From Setoptus koraiensis (Eukaryota; Animalia; Arthropoda), in the NCBI GenBank assembly GCA_048013815.1, contig CM106586.1:12028001-12092000 (forward strand): 64,000 nt of DNA, in the 5' to 3' direction. Positions 56,301 to 64,000 of this stretch are shown here, one piece after another. The first letter of the stretch is position 1; every line of letters starts with the position of its first letter. The position numbers were made by a program, and so were the translations under genes. Under the pieces are notes generated by a model that was not told where the DNA came from, did no database searches, and was given only the letters and a program-made list of their open reading frames with translations.

Positions 56301-57262
56301 ATGATGGTTGGTGGACAGTAGAACGAGAAAAAGATGGCGTCCGTGGTCATGTGCCTTCAATGCTGGTAGAAGAGATGTGTGAGGGCGATGAGGAAGACGA
56401 AGAGCTCGACAATGACGCTGAAGGCTCAGATAATGACGAATATGAGTCTATTGGTGCTATGCCCAGTTTCGAGGCACCCAAATTGGTCACTGATGATGTT
56501 TGTTCTCAAGAGACATCATCTCCAGCAAACAATGATGAAAAAATCAAGCCTCCTCCTGACTATTCACCACCAAAACCAAGCAGTTTAGCACCGACTGCTT
56601 TTGTTATCATTCAGCCCACTCCCGAAATAGAGTCGAGGCTCATAACTGATGATCCTAAGACAGTCACTCAAACTGTTGAAGTTGAACAGACTGAACCTAA
56701 ATCCAACACGGATGATGAAACTCCTTCCGTTTATCCCACTTCTTATTCTGTGGTAAATGAAAGTTTTATTTTAGAGGGCCCGACAAGACGTCCGCATCAT
56801 ATACCAGAAGAATTAACTCCTCACCATGATACACCAACAATACTCGAAGAGCCCTACGACAGCATAACAGAGCAAAATGAATCCAGACTTCAAGATGATG
56901 ATATAAAAGCTGCTAATTATGAGCCTCTATCTGAAGTAGACAGTCTGCCAGAGATGCCGGCACCACCCTCTCTCGTGGTGGATAGTTTTGAAGACGATCT
57001 AGCTTACGACAATGAAGATGAACTTCCAGCGCCAAACTTTGAAGATCCTGTCGACACCTCAGTTGACTCCAAGTCTCCGCCACAGCCCTCAACATCAACG
57101 AAGCCCCAAACTTCCAATCCGATCCCTTCAGCTGGAAACAAGGCAGTAACAGATCAAGGTGGTAAAATGAATCAGATACTCATTGATCGAGCAAATTCAT
57201 TCAGCGAGCAGATCACACGCGAAGCCATCCAAATGGCAACTGGAAAGACGGAGTTCGGTTAG
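53393..57262 (+). CDS. nwk: F-BAR and double SH3 domain protein (nervous wreck/FCHSD), 1289 aa, intronless CDS
   Basis: F-BAR (HQQDLDLIDDIKSYVKSRLNIERDYCSALQKLA, QARNDYIMALAAGNAHLEHYY); coiled coil IRKSEAAKLKAQARL; SH3 motifs LYPFEK...WVKARN...EEGFVPVSYV and ALYDY...DDGWW...GHVPSMLVE. Confidence 0.93.
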   Translation: MSVSSGSQLGTPVKQSKQGVTSTKSLPPLASDCKKLLLEQHQRLWLKHQQDLDLIDDIKSYVKSRLNIERDYCSALQKLAKQHSVIVAKKFTNIDADNNNATINQPTNITGDNTNNSNSANNRVDANNNNRNNLVNSCNSNQSSSNCTNNTNSNRKQQLINTTTNVNNNNISDSEAADDRLQKRLATNGVLEPEPCTLYKVWCEHINRLMSTSKYKSEQFESLLIVVERLKDIRQHKSAIGKKCLDNYLKRIHEDLVTGLAEIEKSRKLYYEDESQAKKARENEERIKKKKSGLLTKFTDLQLKKEKTMAQREANDIQSTQARNDYIMALAAGNAHLEHYYQQDLPDIMQTIDDGVLDQCKYFMATLSECDINSLKDALTGAQYWSKMISLSGSHVTNNIFLKSKQSACLQENPRIPYEPCNNDPICNISLEHNADYALQHEIDKWFTWFKKECRNLSHLIHHLETCQRAVAEGKRSIEINGQTTDDLESKIIDLKQQIRKSEAAKLKAQARLKVIKEGGMQIDEWSTVELEIKADMARIQESINSRRRGSASALENEQDSGHEFKQSKTSANQKRTKFSNQTTDYTHDESASHGRLSSSRGDSEDHHSKEEAQKNQILQTSTSRPHTSIVTQQSQLSTSKTDYAALADSDLAWSDSYDAAWQTQKHSDGGMHDDESSDRNHTRDGDVANNKYQFLGTAAANQHYPNQSNSMTVQSSSPLSAIVDGVQTSASPYQQSIDAYKSDYECDYNRSGNGPHADQNSSTSGSAEPYQHQQRLQNTDWGVSGHNEVDVDDYGESQHEGDVTPTPVDAAQLLGKHVITLYPFEKATNGDLKFDENELLVVLEINDANWVKARNLRTGEEGFVPVSYVQIQETQSKVSDSLAMTSTSSNDSGTLQRSVHNKLTYDGSDASAWDTQDLQQQSNVFDDGILYGRALYDYTPEDEAQEEDGLPHLSLEQGDLLKIIDQSSDDGWWTVEREKDGVRGHVPSMLVEEMCEGDEEDEELDNDAEGSDNDEYESIGAMPSFEAPKLVTDDVCSQETSSPANNDEKIKPPPDYSPPKPSSLAPTAFVIIQPTPEIESRLITDDPKTVTQTVEVEQTEPKSNTDDETPSVYPTSYSVVNESFILEGPTRRPHHIPEELTPHHDTPTILEEPYDSITEQNESRLQDDDIKAANYEPLSEVDSLPEMPAPPSLVVDSFEDDLAYDNEDELPAPNFEDPVDTSVDSKSPPQPSTSTKPQTSNPIPSAGNKAVTDQGGKMNQILIDRANSFSEQITREAIQMATGKTEFG

Positions 57263-57826
57263 ATTGGAAAATCAAGTTTTGATCTGCTGTTTCAAATTAG
57301 ACAATTTATTCTATTTACTTCTTCGAACATATTTGAATGTCGATCCAATTGTTTGCGTTATGTTTTGATCTAATTTTTAGTAATAAATTAATTAAAGAAG
57401 CCTAGAAGATTTACTCTATGTTCATCTCTCCGCTACAAGCAGTAACTTACAACTTGCTAGTGTTTTTTTGATTGTTGTCTAAAAGTGTGTCTTCGTTAGT
57501 TCCAGGGAATTGGTTTTGCTGGCTTTAGTTATGAACAGGTAGTTGGCTCTATGTACTTGGATACGGACAGAGAGTGGTTGAGTATGATTTTTGACAAAAG
57601 TTAAAGTGAAGGACAAAACAAAGCTCTCTAATCTATATGTGCGTACCTCTATAATAATCTCTGCATGGTGGCTCACAAGACATCGATGTTATCAAATGAT
57701 GGCTCGCCAACGATATCGTCCCATGACGCAAGGTTGTGTGCCTGATTTCAAATAAAAACAGAAAACCAGATTATCTGATGATAGTATTTGTTCTAGAGTG
57801 CTTCAGTGCTAGGACTCAAAATAACC

Positions 57827-60800
57827 ATGATATTCGAGAAGGTTTTGTCGACCTCGGCACTAGTTGCCATGTGTTTGTTTTACCAGGCCTATTGCATTTC
57901 AGATGACTTTCAGCCACATACTGGTTTCAGATTTGAGCGTGCAGCAACAACGAAAGAATTAAATGGATCTCCAACAGGGGGCTCGCATAACCATGAGGCA
58001 AAATGTGCCCCAGACGAATTCTATTGCAAAAGTGATAATTTATGTATAGCAACCGAGTATGTTTGCGATTTCACTGCCCAATGTTCTGACGGTAGTGACG
58101 AGGCCGAATGTACCAAAGATGATTGCAATTTCGAGCTAGATTTGTGTCGGTGGAAAGTTGAAGGAAAATCAGAAGATTTCACCTGGAAAAGATATTCTTA
58201 TCGATTGCACCAAGATTTTTCGAACACAACAACCGACTCCAAGATTAGTATTGACCAATTGCCCAGAACTGATCACGACAACATCGCCAAAGGTTGGTTC
58301 GTGGCCACTGAATCATCGGCCACGAATGCGCCAGTGGGCGCTCAATTGACCTCTATGCTGACGACGACACCGTTTGGCCGGACATCAACAAAGTGCGCCA
58401 TGCGATTTTGGTTTTATTGTAGCCAAATGGATAATTGTAATCTCTGGCTGAGTGTCGTTGGTCAGTACTCGTCGCATCTTGTTTGGACTCCCAACCAGAG
58501 CTACACGACACTGAATTCGTCTAGACGATGGCGTTCGGCGCATGTATTCTTAGGAGAGCTTAAAAAGGGCTCTAAATTGGCGTTTATTTCCAGTTTGGAC
58601 CCCATCAGCGAAGGTAGCGACTCAATAATTGCACTAGATGAGATATTGTTTCAAGACTGCGCTTGGCCTCTGACAAAAAAGAGTGTCCAGTGCGACACAC
58701 ACAGCCAGTTCTGGTGCGCTAGTGGCCATTGCATCGACCAAAGTCTTGTGTGCAATTTTGTCGACGATTGCATGAATCCGGCGTCTCTCCATCACGAGGC
58801 CACTCATTTCGACGACGAGGATAACCCAGATTGTTTGGAGATGTTAGGCCGCGAAGACTTTGAATCGGCCCAAGCCGTGCAGATACTGCACACAGCAGCC
58901 GAGCGAGACGGCAACCAGTACATCGATCTGGAATTGACTGCCATTGAATCAATGAGTTACTCGCTTTTTGCTAACGAGACAGTGAGACGATTTTGGAAGA
59001 TACACAATTACCTAGATTGGGCAATCTATCAGAATGTAAATGGAGACAGATTGAGGCCGAGCAAAGATCACACACACAACTCGGGCAGGGGCCATTATTT
59101 GAGTGTTAAATTTGAGAACGTTAATGTGAATGACGGAGGCCACAAGGAGATGCTAGTGTCACCGTGGCTATCGAGTGATATGACGTCGTATATGGACCAA
59201 GAGTGTCGCCTAAAACTGTTCTATAACATACTGAGCGATGCAAGGGATGATCAATTGGATAAATTAAATGCATTTGTGCAAGTGGAACACGTGGCAATGT
59301 TTAAAGATGGCCACACTGCCAGACATTTCTATGGCGAGTTCAGAATTCAAGATTCAGGCAACGATTATTGGTTTCCGGTGAACGTGAGATTGGAACCGGG
59401 CGACAGTGAGCGCTTCTATGTACTTATTACGATGGTAAGTGAATTGAAGAATGTCGTACGAGAAGAATTGTGGCACAGCGATGGTATTTGGTATAATGGG
59501 GGCGATTATTTCAATGGGGTCATCGATTACGACGGCGGAGAAGATCCAGACGACGCCACCGACGACGATAGCGACGCGAAAGAATCGGGAGGCAACAGAC
59601 GCAAAACGGTCTCTACCACTATAAATGTAGATGATATTTCGACGCATCTTGGGTGTCGTCTGAGCAAAGAGCAGCCACCGTACAGAACAGACGACATTAG
59701 TTGCACTGAGATGGGTAAACTGGCGTGCCGATCGGCCAAGCGATGCTACTCTGAGCAGGATATTTGTGATTTTATCAATCAATGCGGCGACAACACCGAC
59801 GAAATGCACTGTCCGGCCGAGTGTAGTTTCGGAAATAATCTCACTGCCTCAAGTGATCCGTGGTGCGGCTGGCGATCCCAAATAGAGCTGCCTCGTTACG
59901 AACATTCGTGGAGAGCGACGGCGAGCTTTATTTTGACCGAAGATACTAGCGGGGGACACCACCTGAGCACTTGTCCAGCCAGAGTCAATGGAACAAACAA
60001 AGGACGAACGACAAAAATAGACGGTTGGTCCAGCACGGGCGACATGGCTGTGCTAGTGTCGCCAGTTTTTCAATATTCGGGCCCACAATGCAAACTCAAT
60101 CTACACTACAAGAATCTAGGCGAAATATTTCCAATGATACACGTACATTTGCGTACAGCTTCGACAAATACAGCAATCTATAGATCGGCCGACGATAAAA
60201 ACATTAGTGGTAGTGGCGGTGTTCTGGTTGCGCCAATCGGCATGCAACTGGGAAAATTTCAGCTCTTACTCGAGGTGCATCATGGACCGGGCACCGGAAG
60301 TGTTGATGTTGCGCTAAGTAAATTTGAATTTGTTTCATGCGCATTCAATGAGAAACATTGTGATGATCATGAATTTAATTGTGATGAAAAAAAGTGTTTA
60401 GATAAAATTGAATATTGTGATGGAAAAATTGATTGTGAGGACAAAATGGACGAACTCAAGTGTGTGCCCTCTTTGGGCGATTGTGACTTCAACAACAAAG
60501 CTCTCTGTTCTTGGTGGTTCACTAGCGAAAATCTGCACGACGATCACTATGGCAATGTTAGCAAGAGCGAGGGCGAATCAAAGCTTTCGGACTCCTCTGG
60601 CGATAGTGTTGGACTGGTTCGGCTAACGTGGCAACACTACGACAAGTCTTGGTCTAGCTCATCCACCGGACCCCAGATGATGTTTGATTTTGTGAACAAC
60701 AGGCTGACTGAAACAACAGACTATTATCTGGCGCTAGAGTGTGATAGAAAAGACCCAGCGAATGCAAATTCTTTTGCATTTCTAAATACAAAAGCACACT

Positions 60801-61693
60801 TAATATCGGAGAAATTTCGGGCCAACACGGCGCCACAGTCTGGCCAGCAAAAACAAGTTGATGCCTACTGCGAGATGTCATTTGCCTATGTTATGTTTGG
60901 AGATGACGAGCCTTCGCTTAGAGTATTTGCCGTTATCGATGACAAGACCAATCGTGAGGCAGTGAGACAACACGAAGAGATATACCTTTTGGAATTGATA
61001 GGCAACAAGGGTTTCATGTGGCAATGGGCTCGTGTTAGAATCAGCATCAATCTAGATTATAGATTGGTGTTCGAGGGACGATGCGACTTAGGACCGAATA
61101 GTGTAATAGCAATAGATCAGGTGCATTTCACAAAAGAATGCACCGGACAACATCAACAACTAAACAAAAATCACTCAATCACAACTGCAATCTGCAATCC
61201 TTTAGATCAGTTTCAATGTGTCACAAGTGGACAGTGCATCAAATTGAGGTTTGTTTGTGACGGTTTTATAGATTGTGTGCCTGACGGAAGTGACGAAGTT
61301 GGTTGTAGCAAGATGATGGATGACTCTACAGAAAACAAAAACCATGTCGACGGTGCCGACAAGTCATCTGCTAATGAGGCTGAGTCTCTTGACAGCGATG
61401 GCCTATTAAATCAGACACCAAATTCAGCATCTTGGTTGCTGATAACAATAGCAATCGTTGCCTTGGTAATTGTCGTTGCTCTGTTGAAGCACGTAATAAT
61501 AAAATCAAAAAATAATGGACACGCGCAACATACTAGATCAGATAATGATTCTAGAATATACATGGACAACGAGACCGAGAACAATGAGACCGCAGCCGGT
61601 ATCATATTGAATGATATGCCCCCCCCCCCCACCTCCCCCAAGATAATGAGCAGGATAATCCTGAGTTACGGCCGGAACATTACAAGGAGGTAA
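57827..61693 (+). CDS. MAM and LDL-receptor class A domain single-pass membrane protein (MALRD1/MAMDC4-like), about 1288 aa, intronless
   Basis: Signal peptide; five LDLa modules (e.g. CAPDEFYC...CSDGSDEAEC) alternating with four MAM-like segments (CNFELDLCRW, CDFNNKALCSW); TM WLLITIAIVALVIVVALL. A C12 run at 61619-61630 makes the tail frame slightly uncertain. First ATG is at 57827. Confidence 0.88.
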   Translation: MIFEKVLSTSALVAMCLFYQAYCISDDFQPHTGFRFERAATTKELNGSPTGGSHNHEAKCAPDEFYCKSDNLCIATEYVCDFTAQCSDGSDEAECTKDDCNFELDLCRWKVEGKSEDFTWKRYSYRLHQDFSNTTTDSKISIDQLPRTDHDNIAKGWFVATESSATNAPVGAQLTSMLTTTPFGRTSTKCAMRFWFYCSQMDNCNLWLSVVGQYSSHLVWTPNQSYTTLNSSRRWRSAHVFLGELKKGSKLAFISSLDPISEGSDSIIALDEILFQDCAWPLTKKSVQCDTHSQFWCASGHCIDQSLVCNFVDDCMNPASLHHEATHFDDEDNPDCLEMLGREDFESAQAVQILHTAAERDGNQYIDLELTAIESMSYSLFANETVRRFWKIHNYLDWAIYQNVNGDRLRPSKDHTHNSGRGHYLSVKFENVNVNDGGHKEMLVSPWLSSDMTSYMDQECRLKLFYNILSDARDDQLDKLNAFVQVEHVAMFKDGHTARHFYGEFRIQDSGNDYWFPVNVRLEPGDSERFYVLITMVSELKNVVREELWHSDGIWYNGGDYFNGVIDYDGGEDPDDATDDDSDAKESGGNRRKTVSTTINVDDISTHLGCRLSKEQPPYRTDDISCTEMGKLACRSAKRCYSEQDICDFINQCGDNTDEMHCPAECSFGNNLTASSDPWCGWRSQIELPRYEHSWRATASFILTEDTSGGHHLSTCPARVNGTNKGRTTKIDGWSSTGDMAVLVSPVFQYSGPQCKLNLHYKNLGEIFPMIHVHLRTASTNTAIYRSADDKNISGSGGVLVAPIGMQLGKFQLLLEVHHGPGTGSVDVALSKFEFVSCAFNEKHCDDHEFNCDEKKCLDKIEYCDGKIDCEDKMDELKCVPSLGDCDFNNKALCSWWFTSENLHDDHYGNVSKSEGESKLSDSSGDSVGLVRLTWQHYDKSWSSSSTGPQMMFDFVNNRLTETTDYYLALECDRKDPANANSFAFLNTKAHLISEKFRANTAPQSGQQKQVDAYCEMSFAYVMFGDDEPSLRVFAVIDDKTNREAVRQHEEIYLLELIGNKGFMWQWARVRISINLDYRLVFEGRCDLGPNSVIAIDQVHFTKECTGQHQQLNKNHSITTAICNPLDQFQCVTSGQCIKLRFVCDGFIDCVPDGSDEVGCSKMMDDSTENKNHVDGADKSSANEAESLDSDGLLNQTPNSASWLLITIAIVALVIVVALLKHVIIKSKNNGHAQHTRSDNDSRIYMDNETENNETAAGIILNDMPPPPTSPKIMSRIILSYGRNITRR

Positions 61694-61861
61694 GGTTGCT
61701 CGAGATGTTAATCAATAGGTCCAACAAAATCGGTTAAAAACCGATCCACAACGAGTGGAGATGCAGTCCTGAAAATTTGTAAGGCGACATGATACAACAA
61801 TGGCTCATTGAGGCCTTGGAATTGCTCAATCGACGAATTAATGTGAAGTAAGAATGTATGT

Positions 61862-62881
61862 TTAGATCAAAAAAGAATTGTAATTTATTATATAATTTTT
61901 CTTTAAATTGTCAGTAGTAATATTACTTCGATTGTCAGAGAAAATTGATTTGGTCTTAGAGAAGGATCGCTCTACATCACATGATGTCAAAGGTGCGAAT
62001 TTGAACTGTATTTTCTCTTCTAAACTAGTAAGGTTGCATAATTTCCGAAAGTCAGGATTCTTGTCCAATGCTTTCTCCAGTTTAAGGCTAGGTTCTTTGA
62101 GTTTAAGCTGGTCAATCTTGTTTTTTGTGTCTTCGACAATCTTTAATGCTTCATCCATTCTCAAATTCTGAGTTTCAAGTCGCTCAATTACATCAGCGAT
62201 GAATAGATAGTCTGAGATACTATAGAGTTCCGTCTCCAAATCACCATCTTCGATGGCCGAGAGACACACTTTCAAGCAGTTAGGTGGATCCTTTGAATTT
62301 TGTGAGGCCAGATATTGTTTAACAGAGGAAAGATTTGAGCAATAATAGTCCGCGGTCCTCAACCAAGTTCCCCATCTGGTAATAACAGGTTTGGGAGGGC
62401 ATAACAAGCCAGTTATCAACATAAATTCTTTTTTCCTCTTTATGCTGCCTCTAAGTATCTCTTTAAAAGCTCCGATAAACCTGTCGGCTACGGGATGCTT
62501 CGCTCTAATACATTCGGCAACTCTTTGCAGGCCGTAAGCTAAGCAGGTGATGTGATATGCCTGAGGTGAGAATTTTTTCATTTCTCTTACACTCTTCACC
62601 ATGTATGGTGCCTGGTCGCTTACAAATAGTTTTACCCGCTGGTATGGCGGCTCTTCACTATCTGGCCAAATTCTTCTGCAACATCTGAGGAATAATTTTT
62701 CCATTTCTACGCTGTTGGCAGCCTCGATGAAATCCACATACACTAACATAGACTTTGACGGCCTCCCATTGAGAGGTCCTACAATTACATTCACTTGTAG
62801 ACGATCCGATCGGTCTGTTGTCTCGTCCATGATTAAATAGATGTCATCATTTGCAATCGATTGACGGATAGTATCCATCAT
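61862..62881 (-). mobile_element. hAT-superfamily-related (DUF659/CGGBP1-like) transposase, 5'-truncated
   Basis: DETTD, SDQAPYM, PVITRWGTW and TSCDVERSFS give an apparent DDE triad. CLAY replaces the usual CxxH. An in-frame TAA lies about 15 codons upstream. No TIR/TSD identified. Confidence 0.82.
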
Positions 62882-62976
62882 AATATCATATAATGAATCC
62901 AGTTTTTTAGCGCTTAATTTTAATTAAGCTGCTATTGATGTGGGTCGGATGGATACGTTTATTCACGTGACTATGT

Positions 62977-63128
62977 AATCCTATGGAGGTTTGACTTAGT
63001 CAAATTTGTGAGAATCCTGCTAGACATAACACACGTATTCCTATGTAGATTCGACTTGGTCTATTATCGCTTCACTCGAAAATATTTTGTATGCAATCCT
63101 ATGGAGATTTGACTAGGTCACATTTGTG
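62977..63128 (+). repeat. Three degenerate direct repeats at about 59-bp period (AWTCCTATGKAGRTTYGACT...GTC)
   Basis: Cores at 62977, 63037 and 63095. Confidence 0.7.
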
Positions 63129-63130
63129 CG

Positions 63131-64000
63131 GAGTTCGGTGGTGACAAATCGAACTTCAAAATTGAAAATTCGAATTTCTTATAAGAATTTCATCTGCCCG
63201 TTCGATGTTCGATGGTCAGAGTTCGATGTTCGATAGTCATAGTTCGATCGTCATAATTCGAACTTCGAAATTCGAAAATTGAAAATTTGAATTCCCAATG
63301 ATAGTTTCAGCTGCATTGTCGGAATTCGATGGACAGAGTTCGATGTCCGATGGTCATAGTTCGATCGTCATAATTCGAACTTCGAATTTCGAATTTCGAA
63401 ATTCGAAATTCGAAAATTGAAAATTTGAATTCCCAATGATAGTTTCAGCTGCATTGTCGGAATTCGATGGACAGAGTTCGATGTCCGATGGTCATAGTTC
63501 GATCGTCATAATTCGAACTTCGAATTTCGAATTTCGAAATTCGAAAATTGAAAATTTGAATTTCCAATGATAGTTTCATCTGCTCGTTCGATGTTCGATG
63601 GTCACAGTTCTCAGTTCGATGGTCACAATTCGAACTTCGAAATTCGTATTCCTGATGAGAGTTTCAGATGCTTGTTCTATGTTCGATGGTCAGAGTTCCG
63701 TGGTCAGAGTTCCGTGGTCAGAGCTCGAAGGTCACAATTCGAAGTTCGAAATTCGAAATTGAAAATTCGAATTCCTGATGAGAGTTTCAGCTGCTCGTTC
63801 GATGTTCGATGGTCAGAGTTCGATGGTCACAATTCGAACTTCGAAATTCGAAATTCTAAATTGAAAATTCGGATTTCTGATAAGAGTTACAGCTGCTCGT
63901 TCGATGTTCGATGGTCACAATTCGAACTTCGAACTTCGAAAATTGAAAATTCGAATTTCTTATGATAGTTTAATCTGCTCTGTCGATGTTTGATGGTCAG
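63131..64000 (+). repeat. TTCGAA-rich tandem satellite, about 8 units of roughly 80-140 bp, running off the window end
   Basis: Recurring AAAATTGAAAATT...GTTTCAGCTGC...GTTCGATGGTCA...AATTCGAACTTCG. Anchors at 63158, 63275, 63413 and 63544 give spacings of 117, 138 and 131. Confidence 0.92.

Noticed and set aside
61694-63130. Terminal inverted repeats or 8-bp TSD for the hAT-like element
   Set aside because: No convincing pair was found within the window.
62977-64000. CRISPR-like appearance of the periodic repeats, and ORF 63567..63965
   Set aside because: Eukaryotic context, degenerate units, no unique spacers and no cas genes. The ORF is just satellite translation.
63131-64000. Heat-shock-element array from the GAA/TTC richness
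   Set aside because: Spacing is mostly GAAnTTC or TTCGAA rather than the nGAAnnTTCn register.
1-64000. tRNA, rRNA, snRNA and conserved miRNA genes
   Set aside because: None recognised by eye against remembered consensus sequences. Absence is not established without tRNAscan-SE or Infernal.

Overview
Eukaryotic, arthropod-like genomic DNA with no prokaryotic features. Long conserved genes without introns, very short intergenic gaps and pervasive CAA/CA/CT microsatellites suggest a compact mite genome, most plausibly an eriophyoid (inference from style only). The window has two compartments. (i) Gene-dense housekeeping blocks: TBL1/ebi; then 15.5-40 kb with a brainiac-like GT31, KANSL2, sds22/PPP1R7, a TBC1D15/17-like Rab GAP, ACSL3/4, a disordered E/K-heptad protein, eIF3c, SEC22, PAM16, RPL6 and NPC1; then 53-62 kb with nwk/FCHSD and a MAM-LDLa receptor. 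(ii) Two long, microsatellite-rich, mostly non-coding domains (about 3-15 kb and 40-53 kb) holding a 4-exon ARHGAP1/Cdc42GAP gene, a 2-exon AIG1/ADTRP gene and a small secreted-peptide gene. The window ends in a truncated hAT-related transposase and a TTCGAA-rich satellite. Main highlights: 18 hand-counted RTTAYGTAAY (PAR-bZIP/vrille/Pdp1-type D-box) sites confined to the non-coding domains, including a perfect 42-bp palindrome; two small orphan secreted peptides; convergent genes whose stop codons share one TTAA; a TA-flanked MITE; and GTRAGT donors in all 8 inferred introns. All coordinates and splice models were derived by hand and no database searches were run.
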